Shown piece after piece: positions 50,632 through 59,155 of a DNA stretch of 64,000 nt; the stretch's first letter is position 1, and every line of letters starts with the position of its first letter. The notes beneath the pieces are model-generated. The model saw only the letters and a list, made by a program, of their open reading frames with translations. It had not been told where the DNA came from and ran no database searches. Location: contig JAEOTR010000079.1 in assembly GCA_016839705.1 (NCBI GenBank), positions 32,224-96,223 of the forward strand. Reading direction: 5' to 3'. The stretch comes from Promethearchaeota archaeon. GTDB lineage: Archaea > Asgardarchaeota > Lokiarchaeia > Sigyniarchaeales > SOKP01. A program made the translations under genes and the position numbers.

Positions 50632-51630
50632 CTAGAACTCATCATCATTAACGTAGGGTGCGTAGAAGCTAATATATTTAACTGCATCGTCTGGGGCAAT
50701 TATCACGGCTAATCCATCATGCTTTTTAGCGAATTTTAAGGCAACAGCTAAAATTGCACCTGTAGATGGACCAACTAATATTCCGTTTTTCCTCGCCAAT
50801 TCAATTCCAGTTCGATATGCATCATCATCGCTCACTTCGAAAATCTTATCAATAACCGTTTCATCTAAGATTTTTGGAATTAAATCTTCATCTAAGTCTG
50901 AAATTTTTTTTAGACCTGGTATATTATGTATTGAGTCTAAAGGTTCAATTCCTAGAATTTTAACCGATGGTTTCTTTTCTTTTAAATATTTTCCAACTCC
51001 TGTAATAGTACCACAGGTACCTGTTGCTGCAAAGAAATAATCAATTTCTCCATTTGTTTGCTCCCAAATTTCTGGACCAGTAGACATATAATGAGCTTGA
51101 ACATTCAAATAATTCTCATATTGATTTGGATTAAAATAGCGTTCTCCACCCTTACCACTTAAGATACCATTAACAACACCTCTGGCACCTTCATTTGGGA
51201 ATTGAGGACATAAATTATCATCGGCTTCCCATAAAGCCTCCACACCAAGCAACTTTAAAAGTATCTTTTTTTCTTCTGGAATTCTTGAAGGTACAGCAAT
51301 TTCAATTGGAATACCTCGCGCATTAGCTAAAGATGCTAAAGCAATTCCAGTGTTTCCGGAAGACGGTTCTAAAATAATTTTCCCATCCTTAAAATTATAA
51401 TTCTTCAGCATCGAATAGGCTATCCTATCCTTTATTGATCCAAAAGGATTATAACGCTCAAGCTTCATATAAATTGGGAAGTCCTTATTTGGATTAATTC
51501 TCTCATTTAATTTGACTAAGGGAGTAGGATTTTCCCTATTTGAAATTAGATCCTCAATACTTTCATAAACCCTTAATCTAGTATTTATCCCAATTTTCCC
51601 GGTTCTCTTACCATACGATTGAACTTTCAT
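50632..51630 (-). CDS. Cysteine synthase family PLP enzyme (CysK/CysM-like)
   Basis: TPLVKL, KLERYNPFGSIKDR, PSSGNTG, TGPEIWEQ, GTCGT, GPSTGA. Confidence 0.9.
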   Translation of the reverse strand: MKVQSYGKRTGKIGINTRLRVYESIEDLISNRENPTPLVKLNERINPNKDFPIYMKLERYNPFGSIKDRIAYSMLKNYNFKDGKIILEPSSGNTGIALASLANARGIPIEIAVPSRIPEEKKILLKLLGVEALWEADDNLCPQFPNEGARGVVNGILSGKGGERYFNPNQYENYLNVQAHYMSTGPEIWEQTNGEIDYFFAATGTCGTITGVGKYLKEKKPSVKILGIEPLDSIHNIPGLKKISDLDEDLIPKILDETVIDKIFEVSDDDAYRTGIELARKNGILVGPSTGAILAVALKFAKKHDGLAVIIAPDDAVKYISFYAPYVNDDEF

Positions 51631-51743
51631 GATTTCATCCTTTATTTTTAGTATTCAGCATAAAAATTCTGTAACTTAACCAAACAAGTGTTTAATAAAG
51701 GTAAAAAATTAGTTGGTTAGTTGAGAATTAATGAAACTGTCGT

Positions 51744-51794
51744 TTAACAACAACAACAAAAACTACAGCAACAAGAGGTAAGAACACTTACCAT
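51744..51794 (-). CDS. Putative Cys-rich leader peptide MVSVLTSCCCSFCCCC
   Basis: ATG at 51794, TAA at 51744-51746; 7 Cys codons among the last 9; 113 nt upstream of the cysteine synthase start, same strand. Confidence 0.72.
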   Translation of the reverse strand: MVSVLTSCCCSFCCCC

Positions 51795-51963
51795 GTTCTG
51801 ATTATTAATTCTCATTAGATTTTGTAATGTTCGTACATTTAAAATATTCATGGTGATATTTAATAAAAATTGACACTAGGTCAAATGCTGATTTAATTTT
51901 TATGAATAATATTAAAAATGATAAAAAAGGAAAGAATTTTTCTCTCTCTGCGAAAGATCGGGT

Positions 51964-52221
51964 TTACTTCGCTTCCCAAGGCATGCAAAAGTAGCCTTTC
52001 TCTAATTCATATGAAGAGTACAATCCGCAACCAAAGCAACTGCAACCTTTATTCTCTATCTGATCTCGGGGTTTTTGTGATTGTCCTCTTGAACAGAATA
52101 GAGCGTGTGGCTCAAATTCATTGATTTTATTTGGTTTAAATGAAGGGCATGGTCCACAGAATTGCCCGCATATTTTCATATTTTCCGGTGTATCCGGAAC
52201 TGGTTTTGCCATAATTTTCAC
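51964..52221 (-). CDS. Small Cys-rich protein (DUF2769-like)
   Basis: CGPCPSF...LFCSRG...GCSCFGC...YFC. Confidence 0.75.
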   Translation of the reverse strand: MKIMAKPVPDTPENMKICGQFCGPCPSFKPNKINEFEPHALFCSRGQSQKPRDQIENKGCSCFGCGLYSSYELEKGYFCMPWEAK

Positions 52222-52366
52222 TTTATTTAGTTCTAATTTAATTTTCTAATTTTAGAAAAGTTTACTGTCAAGTAAATCTAAATTTTAGATTACGATCAAA
52301 ATAAGCAATTTAGCTTTTAAAGTTAATAATTATAAACTATTAATTTTGAACGAAAGAAATTCTTTT

Positions 52367-52762
52367 TTAAACTATTTTTTGAATTACTAAATCTAAATAG
52401 GATTGAATCTGTTTTTCAACAATATCATAGTGTGTAAATTTTCCTTTTTTCCAACCTTTAATTAATCCTGCTTTTTCAAGGATTTTAAGATGATGAGATA
52501 TTGATGGTTGTGACTCATTCAATAATGCTTCTAATTCACAAACACATCGATCTTTTTCTTTTAAGACGTTCATTATTATTAAGCGCTTTTTGTTTCCTAA
52601 GGCACTTAGAAATTTGGTTAAATCACTAAAATTTGAACTTTCAATCAAATGATCTCCTAATTCACGCAATTGTTTGAAATGTACAGTTGGGTTATCAATA
52701 TCCTCACATTTAATCAATTTTTCTAGAATTTCTTTTTTATGATCGGGATCCATTAGTAACAC
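52367..52762 (-). CDS. arsR: ArsR-family repressor (CVC arsenite motif)
   Basis: ALGNKKRL, RCVCEL, SQPSISHHLKIL; divergent from acr3. Confidence 0.88.
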   Translation of the reverse strand: MLLMDPDHKKEILEKLIKCEDIDNPTVHFKQLRELGDHLIESSNFSDLTKFLSALGNKKRLIIMNVLKEKDRCVCELEALLNESQPSISHHLKILEKAGLIKGWKKGKFTHYDIVEKQIQSYLDLVIQKIV

Positions 52763-52831
52763 TATTTTATATTTTCAAATATCCAATAATATAGAAGATG
52801 GATAAATTTATAACATTTTATTCAAATCAAT

Positions 52832-52855
52832 AAATTTTTATTTGGATAAAAATTT
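52832..52855. promoter_or_regulatory. Candidate ArsR operator
   Basis: Perfect 10-bp inverted repeat AAATTTTTAT-TTGG-ATAAAAATTT in the arsR/acr3 intergenic region; low complexity limits confidence. Confidence 0.35.
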
Positions 52856-52911
52856 TATTATTTAAGATCAAAATAGAATTCTTTAAATCGTAAAAAAGAA
52901 ATTGAATTATC

Positions 52912-53937
52912 ATGACAGAAGAAGATGGCCGGGGAATTAGTTTTTTTGAACGTTACCTTACAATTTGGGTGGCAGCTTGTATTGGAATAGGAATTCTCCT
53001 TTCTCAAATTATCCCGAGTATTAGTGTAGCGATTAACACCTTACAGATTGGGGGAATTTCTTTACCTATTGGGATTTGTCTATTCCTAATGATGTATCCT
53101 GCAATGCTGAATCTTCAACTTGCTGAACTTAAAAAGTTAGGAAAAAACCCAAAACCCATAATTTTAACTATTATGTCTAATTGGCTTATTGCTCCTTTTG
53201 TTGGATTACTAGTGGCACGGATATTTTTACAAGGGTATGAACAGTTAATTGTAGCAGTCATCCTTCTCTCGAGTTCACCATGTACTGCTATGGTTTTGGT
53301 GTGGGGTTGGATGGCTAAAGGCAATCAAGAACAGAATGTTATGAATACAAGCCTAAACACAATAACAATTATATTCGGTTATGCTCCTCTTGTTACACTC
53401 TTAACTGGTATTCAAAACATTCCAATTGACTGGGTTCTTTTATTAATCTCGACATTCGTATTCATAGGACTTCCGCTATTAGGAGGAATTATCAGTAAAA
53501 GATTGTTAATTCGATCAAGAGGAGAAGAGTGGTTCAACGATACCTATCGTCCAATCATAGGAAAGATATCAATTATTGCCTTGTTAACAACGTTGATTAT
53601 ACTTTTTTCAATGAATGGTAATGTTTTGATACAAAATCCAGATTTATTATTAATAATTACAATTCCACTCTTACTCGGTTTTGTGATTGTAGTTGGATAT
53701 AATATACTGATTACAAAACTCACTAAATTGAAATACCGAGAAGCTATTATTACAGTAATTATTGGATCATCAAGCCATTTTGAAATTGCGATTGCTACTG
53801 CTATTGCTATGTATGGAATTGGTTCAGTAGCAGCTCTAGGGACTACCATGGGCCTTTTTTGGGAAGTTCCAATTATGCTATCCATAGTATATCTTGGTCG
53901 GTTCCTTAAAAAACGAAGTTTCTGGAAAACAGAATAA
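52912..53937 (+). CDS. acr3: ACR3-family arsenite efflux transporter
   Basis: FFERYLTIWV, MMYP, NWLIAPF, PCTAMVLVW, FEIAIA, EVPIM. Confidence 0.93.
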   Translation: MTEEDGRGISFFERYLTIWVAACIGIGILLSQIIPSISVAINTLQIGGISLPIGICLFLMMYPAMLNLQLAELKKLGKNPKPIILTIMSNWLIAPFVGLLVARIFLQGYEQLIVAVILLSSSPCTAMVLVWGWMAKGNQEQNVMNTSLNTITIIFGYAPLVTLLTGIQNIPIDWVLLLISTFVFIGLPLLGGIISKRLLIRSRGEEWFNDTYRPIIGKISIIALLTTLIILFSMNGNVLIQNPDLLLIITIPLLLGFVIVVGYNILITKLTKLKYREAIITVIIGSSSHFEIAIATAIAMYGIGSVAALGTTMGLFWEVPIMLSIVYLGRFLKKRSFWKTE

Positions 53938-54009
53938 ATAAAAATACTCAAAAGATATATTTTACAGAAGAAATTTTATTAATTATAAAAAAAGAAGAAG
54001 ACTAATCTA

Positions 54010-54228
54010 ATGTCAGAAAAAGAAATAGATAAAACTATAGAAGAAATAATGAAAGAAATTCGGGCATCACCTGATTATAATGGGCACTCTTGTAGCGCCA
54101 ATTCGGATTCAGAATGCTCACACGAGGAAGGATGTAGCACTGAGAATCCTAAGCGGTTAAAAAAGGGGATACATTGTGGGGAAAAACCTCAATGCGTACA
54201 AAATCAAGTTATTAATGAGAGTAATTAA
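54010..54228 (+). CDS. Small Cys/His-rich protein
   Basis: 72 aa with 5 Cys and 3 His, directly after acr3. Confidence 0.6.
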   Translation: MSEKEIDKTIEEIMKEIRASPDYNGHSCSANSDSECSHEEGCSTENPKRLKKGIHCGEKPQCVQNQVINESN

Positions 54229-54251
54229 ATATTATTAAGGGGATTCTCGAA

Positions 54252-54533
54252 ATGAGTAAGGAAGAAAAGAATGGAAAACTGAAAGTAGACATTTATGTTC
54301 CACTTGATGCATGCGCATGCGAGTGGGACAAGTTTATGAATCGGGTATTTGTTGAACTTACTCCATACATAAAACATATTGATTATGATACCAAGAACTT
54401 AAATTCAGAAGAAGCAAGAAATCTCGACATTCGAAATAAATGTATTGTGGTTGATGGTGAGAAAAGGTTTTCTTCTTCGTTTGTACTTAAAAGAGAACTA
54501 CCAAAACTTCTTAAAGCTAAAGGACTTATATAA
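54252..54533 (+). CDS. Small thioredoxin-like protein with CxC motif
   Basis: VDIYVPLDACAC...CIVVDGE pattern. Confidence 0.65.
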   Translation: MSKEEKNGKLKVDIYVPLDACACEWDKFMNRVFVELTPYIKHIDYDTKNLNSEEARNLDIRNKCIVVDGEKRFSSSFVLKRELPKLLKAKGLI

Positions 54534-54566
54534 ACTTTAGCAGATTTATTATTTTATTCATTTGGG

Positions 54567-55046
54567 GTGATTATCAAAATTAAAAAAATTAAACTAACAA
54601 TTTTTGCTCCTGATCCTGAAAAAAGATTATCTCGGGGGCTTGAAAATATGGTTAATATAAAAGACAATGGAACCATCGTTGATGCGCTTAGTACCCTAGA
54701 TAAACAGGCCTACATTAATCCAGAAGATTCTATCTTTCCAATATACAAGGGATCTATAAACAGTTATCTACAGTTGATTTGGGATGCCGAAGAAAATACA
54801 ATTTACGAGGATTGTGCTGTGAACGCGTATGGTCCAGAAAGAGAATTCATGAATTTACAAGAAGATATCACAACTAATTTATATCCCAATAGTAATATAA
54901 CCATCGTTGTACATGCCGATTGATGAGCCGATGTCATGAAAGAAAGATTAGATTTTGGGACTTTTAAAAAAACATTGATGCAGGTTTATGGAAAAAATCA
55001 TGAAGCATTTGCTCATTATTTCTCAATTAAAAGAAAAAATAAATAA
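54567..55046 (+). CDS. Putative selenoprotein with tandem UGA-UGA (Sec-Sec); 118 aa if terminated at 54923, 159 aa if recoded
   Basis: ...VVHAD-TGA-TGA-ADVMKERLDFGTFKKTLMQVYGKNHEAFAHYFSIKRKNK-TAA; SECIS-like hairpin 5 nt after the TAA; N-terminal part resembles a beta-grasp pattern. Confidence 0.7.
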
Positions 55047-55051
55047 TTTGA

Positions 55052-55087
55052 ATGAAGTCTTTCAATAAATGCTCGTGAAAGATTGAC
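55052..55087 (+). promoter_or_regulatory. Eukaryote-like SECIS element
   Basis: ATGA-AGTCTTTCA-ATAAATGCTCG-TGAAAGATT-GA: AUGA/GA core, 9-bp helix, AAA 11 nt after AUGA. Confidence 0.7.
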
Positions 55088-55088
55088 A

Positions 55089-55110
55089 ATAGGATTGCTT
55101 CCTATATTTT
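55089..55110 (+). terminator. Hairpin plus T-tract after the SECIS (candidate terminator/3' end)
   Basis: ATAGGA-TTGCT-TCCTAT followed by ATTTT. Confidence 0.35.
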
Positions 55111-55209
55111 ACCTTTTTTTGGAAATAAAAACTTTATAATTGCATTAAGTATTTGATAGATATATTAAATTCAAAATCAAATATTAAAGAAAAACGGTGA
55201 GATGATCAT

Positions 55210-55782
55210 ATGAGTGAAGAATCCGGATTAAAAACAAAAACCAGAGCAGTGGTATATACAAAATTCCCCTTTTATAGGGTTATTATATATGAATTCACCA
55301 CGATCCTTCATTATATACTTGGAGGAATTGGATTAATTATTGGTTATATCTTTTTATCTTGGGGCTTCCTAATTGGTTCTATTTATCTTGTGTTTGCATT
55401 TCTCCAAATGTATGTACTTATGCCCTTAATTGTGTGTCCAAATTGTGTGTATTATAGAATGGAAAATGGACGCTGCGTATCAGGTTTAAACAAAATTTCT
55501 CAGAAAATCGCAAAAGAAGGGAATCCTGAAGACTTTCCAAAAAGAGCAGAAGGAATATTTTGCTACAATAATATCTATATGGCAGCCTTATTCATTCCAA
55601 TTATAGGGTTAATTCCTGCATTGATCTTAAATTTTTCTTTGATTTTATTAGGAATCTTCCTTGTTGTTTTAGGATTATTATTATTTCGATTTTTCGTGTT
55701 ATTCCCAAAAATCGCGTGCCTTCATTGTAGTGCAAAATATACCTGCCCTATAGGAGAACAAATTGGAGTTCGCGATAAATAG
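55210..55782 (+). CDS. Membrane protein with two Cys clusters
   Basis: 4 TM; CPNC..Y..C and CLHC...CP. Confidence 0.75.
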   Translation: MSEESGLKTKTRAVVYTKFPFYRVIIYEFTTILHYILGGIGLIIGYIFLSWGFLIGSIYLVFAFLQMYVLMPLIVCPNCVYYRMENGRCVSGLNKISQKIAKEGNPEDFPKRAEGIFCYNNIYMAALFIPIIGLIPALILNFSLILLGIFLVVLGLLLFRFFVLFPKIACLHCSAKYTCPIGEQIGVRDK

Positions 55783-55809
55783 CATAATTAAAATGAAATA
55801 AGAATCAAT

Positions 55810-56778
55810 ATGGATATATTCACTCACATATTAATGGGAACTCTACCATGTTTCTTATTACTTGGTAAAATAAGTCCAGAAGCAATAATTCTCCTTTGGA
55901 TTATGGCCATTTTTCCAGATGGCGATATATTTGTTGAACCATTCACTAAAAAACGAAACTTATACTTTTTGTCTCATAAAGCCGCATCCCATTCATATAT
56001 TATTGGGATAATTATAACTGCCATTATCAGCGTGTTAGTCTCATTTATTCGAGGTGTCCAATTCATTGAAATCTGGATAGCTGGAGCTATTGGATTTAGT
56101 ATACATGTTTCATTAGATTGTTTTGGCGCTTCAAGAGTTCCTATTTTTTATCCACTTTCCAAAAAGGAGTTTAGAATTATTGCAGATAGGGCAATTAATC
56201 CATTATTAGCTCTATTTTCCGGGATTAACCTCCTCATTTTCCTTGTTTACTACTTTATCAGCCCATATTATCATGTATTTATGGCATTAACTTCATTTTA
56301 CCTTATTATTTATTTTGTATATTTTGGGATCCGTTTAATACTAAGATTAATAGTACAATTACTATTACCAGAAGGCTCTCATTACATCCCTGGTTTCATA
56401 CCTTTTTTCTATCTAATTTATACAAAAAATTCCTTAGAGGAGAGCATTAGCTTTATATTGAAGAGGAAATTTGCGTTTTCCTTGAATAAAAAAATACTGA
56501 TAAATCAGAATTTCCTAAAGAATTCAGAACAAATGGCCTATATTGAGAAAACAATCAAAATTAGTCAAGAGTATAGATTTTTCCATAAATGGAATTCAAT
56601 AATACCATTTATACGTGAAAATAAACAAAAGGTTAATATTGTACTTGTATTAGCTGAAAGTTATTCAAGGAAGAGATCATATTTTCTTTCAGTGGTTATT
56701 GATAAAGAAACAAAACAAATTTATTCAAAAGAAGATGGATTTGGTTCTTTTCAAGTCTGGCAAAATAAAGATCTTTAA
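55810..56778 (+). CDS. Membrane metal-dependent hydrolase (YdjM-like)
   Basis: MDIFTH, PD.D, HKAASHS, HVSLD, FYPLS. Confidence 0.82.
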   Translation: MDIFTHILMGTLPCFLLLGKISPEAIILLWIMAIFPDGDIFVEPFTKKRNLYFLSHKAASHSYIIGIIITAIISVLVSFIRGVQFIEIWIAGAIGFSIHVSLDCFGASRVPIFYPLSKKEFRIIADRAINPLLALFSGINLLIFLVYYFISPYYHVFMALTSFYLIIYFVYFGIRLILRLIVQLLLPEGSHYIPGFIPFFYLIYTKNSLEESISFILKRKFAFSLNKKILINQNFLKNSEQMAYIEKTIKISQEYRFFHKWNSIIPFIRENKQKVNIVLVLAESYSRKRSYFLSVVIDKETKQIYSKEDGFGSFQVWQNKDL

Positions 56779-56798
56779 TGATTTTAAAAAGATATAAG

Positions 56799-56924
56799 AT
56801 GCTAGAAAAAGATTTACTCTCAATAGTGCGAGATTTTGCTCAGGAAAATCCTGAAAAATATGATATTCATGGATTTTCTCACTCTGAGAGAGTAAATTTT
56901 TTGAAGCCTTTCAAAAAATATTAG
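56799..56924 (+). pseudogene. Truncated N-terminal paralog of the HD-domain gene at 58404
   Basis: MLEKDLLSIVRDFAQENPEKYDIHGFSHSERV versus MLENNFILKVRKFALDNSEKDDIHGFLHVERV; similarity stops abruptly at about 56895. Confidence 0.75.
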
Positions 56925-56954
56925 TTTAAGGCTGACAATAGGATTGTCTCCTAT
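56901..56954 (+). repeat. Diverged second copy of the SECIS-plus-hairpin element
   Basis: 42/54 identical, ungapped, to 55052-55105. Confidence 0.75.
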
Positions 56955-56997
56955 TAATAATGTTTAAATAAAAAGCTAATTCCTTAAGAATTTAATA

Positions 56998-58407
56998 ATG
57001 GAAGAGATAAAATTTAAAGAGTTTAGAAAATCACACAAAGGTGTTACTAAACTTTCTTATGAAGTTAATCAAGTATTGGAAGATGATCCAAATAGATCTC
57101 CTCTATATACTTTGATGTACGCGATTGAAAAGGGAGATAATACTCAGGAAAGGATTTATAACTTTTTTAAATATTTTTATGTAAATGAATTTGTATATAT
57201 TAGGCTAAAACAAAATGAATTAGATGATTTACTATTAAAAGGAATTCATAAAGAATTAATTCAAAAAGAAAATATTACTTATTTTCTAACTGAAAAGGGT
57301 AAGTCAGTATTAGTTAAATCTAAAAAAGTTAATTTAATCACAAATAAAGCAATTACTATTTTTTTTAGTGAAAAACTTGTTTTAATTTTCTCTTTGATTT
57401 GCTTAATTTTTATGAGCTCGCTGAAAATAATTGTTGGATTGAATGCAGGCAGTGATGCGTTATTTAACGAGGGTATAGAGAATTTTACAGATATAATCAA
57501 GATATTCATAATAACTTTAAGTATTAAATTGGGGAAAGATAAGCTAGGAGCAATCGCAATCATTATTTTAATGTTGATAACGGGGATCAATTTGATAATA
57601 TCTTCTGTATTTTCATTTATTCAAACTAATATTATATCACCATCCTATTTCTCGTTTATATTAATGTTTATCTCAATTTTACTAAATTTAATGCTGTTAG
57701 TTCTAAAAAATTTCGTTGGAAAATTACAGGCCAATTTTGCATTGCTCTCGGATGCTAAGGATAATGTAAATAATATTAGATTATCATTAGGAGTAATAGT
57801 TGGTTTAACTTTTGCTTTATTTAGAATTTATTTGATAGATTCTATTTTAGGTATAGTAATTGCTAGTTTAATTATATTTGATGGAGTAGAGACTTTAATG
57901 GCATTAATCAAATCAGGTGATGATATTGATATTGACAGCTTTAAATTAAGTTTAGATAAAGCCTTTGAATTTGAAATAGCCCATTGGATATTAGTAGTTA
58001 TTCAAGAAGAAAAATTGTCCAAACAAAAATTGAATGAAAATTTTATGGAAGCTATCGAAAAAGGCTATGAAATTTTTGGAGTTTGGGCGATATTTGGACT
58101 TTCAAATATTGAAAAATTTAATATTCGTAAGATTTTAAACCTCATGAAAAAAAATGGTTTGATAAATATACAAGATGATATTTGTTATCTCACAGATAAG
58201 GGTAAAAAACAATATTATAATGCTCTTTCCCTAGAGATTGATAGAGTCTCAAGAAATAAGAAAAAATTTAAGAATTGGAAACCACCGAGTAGATTATCTA
58301 AAGTAGTCTGGTTATTATTTGGAGTTTTTGTCTCTATTATATTACTTTTTCTGATAATATATATAGGACCAATTATTTACGATTTTATAATTAATTTAAT
58401 AGAGTGA
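56998..58407 (+). CDS. Cation diffusion facilitator (CDF) TM domain flanked by winged-helix-like domains
   Basis: SDALFNEGIENFTD, LLSDAKDNVNN, IDSILGIVIA; YFLTEKG and CYLTDKG wing motifs. Confidence 0.72.
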   Translation: MEEIKFKEFRKSHKGVTKLSYEVNQVLEDDPNRSPLYTLMYAIEKGDNTQERIYNFFKYFYVNEFVYIRLKQNELDDLLLKGIHKELIQKENITYFLTEKGKSVLVKSKKVNLITNKAITIFFSEKLVLIFSLICLIFMSSLKIIVGLNAGSDALFNEGIENFTDIIKIFIITLSIKLGKDKLGAIAIIILMLITGINLIISSVFSFIQTNIISPSYFSFILMFISILLNLMLLVLKNFVGKLQANFALLSDAKDNVNNIRLSLGVIVGLTFALFRIYLIDSILGIVIASLIIFDGVETLMALIKSGDDIDIDSFKLSLDKAFEFEIAHWILVVIQEEKLSKQKLNENFMEAIEKGYEIFGVWAIFGLSNIEKFNIRKILNLMKKNGLINIQDDICYLTDKGKKQYYNALSLEIDRVSRNKKKFKNWKPPSRLSKVVWLLFGVFVSIILLFLIIYIGPIIYDFIINLIE

Positions 58408-59024
58408 ATAGGGAGTATCCTTTTATGTTAGAAAATAATTTTATTTTAAAAGTAAGGAAATTCGCTCTTGATAATTCTGAGAAAGATGATATTCATGGTT
58501 TCTTACATGTTGAGCGCGTCCTAAATTTATGTCTCCAGATAGGAAAAAGATTAAATGCTAATTTATTTATACTGGAAATAGCAGTTCTACTACACGATAT
58601 TGGAAGAAAAAATAGAAGTAAAACAACATCTATTAAGAATCATGCTGAATTATCAGCTGAGATGGCTTTTAATTTCTTAGACTCTTGTGATTTAAAACTC
58701 TCTAAAAAAGACTTTGATAATATAATTCACTGCATTAGATCACACTCATTCTCAAATAATTCAAACCCTCAGACTCTTGAGGCAAAAATTTTGTCTGATG
58801 CAGATAAATTGGATGCTCTTGGTGCAATAGGGTTATACCGGACTATAGGATTCACTATAAAAAATAAAGGAAATCTTAATGATCTTATAAAACATTTAAG
58901 AGAAAAAATAATTAAATTAAAAGATACGTTATTGCTTGATATTTCAAGAAAGATTGCTAGAAAAAGGCACGAAATTGTACTTGACTTTTATAAACAAATA
59001 AAAAATGAAGCAGATTTAGACTAA
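58404..59024 (+). CDS. HD-domain phosphohydrolase
   Basis: HGFLHVERV, LLHDIG, HSF, DADKLDALGAIG; likely start ATG 58425. Confidence 0.9.
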   Translation: MNREYPFMLENNFILKVRKFALDNSEKDDIHGFLHVERVLNLCLQIGKRLNANLFILEIAVLLHDIGRKNRSKTTSIKNHAELSAEMAFNFLDSCDLKLSKKDFDNIIHCIRSHSFSNNSNPQTLEAKILSDADKLDALGAIGLYRTIGFTIKNKGNLNDLIKHLREKIIKLKDTLLLDISRKIARKRHEIVLDFYKQIKNEADLD

Positions 59025-59155
59025 ATAAGGAATTAAAGTCTGATCTTATTTTTAAAAAAAATAGTTTTTTTAATTATTAACTGCTATTTTTATTAAAGTA
59101 TGAAAAAATTATAAAATAATATTAACTACGAACTAAAAATTCAGTAAAAATAGAA

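Noticed and set aside
58405-58431. Sec read-through at other TGA stops (CDF gene, MFS, maf)
   Set aside because: Another stop follows soon, and no downstream SECIS-like element was seen.
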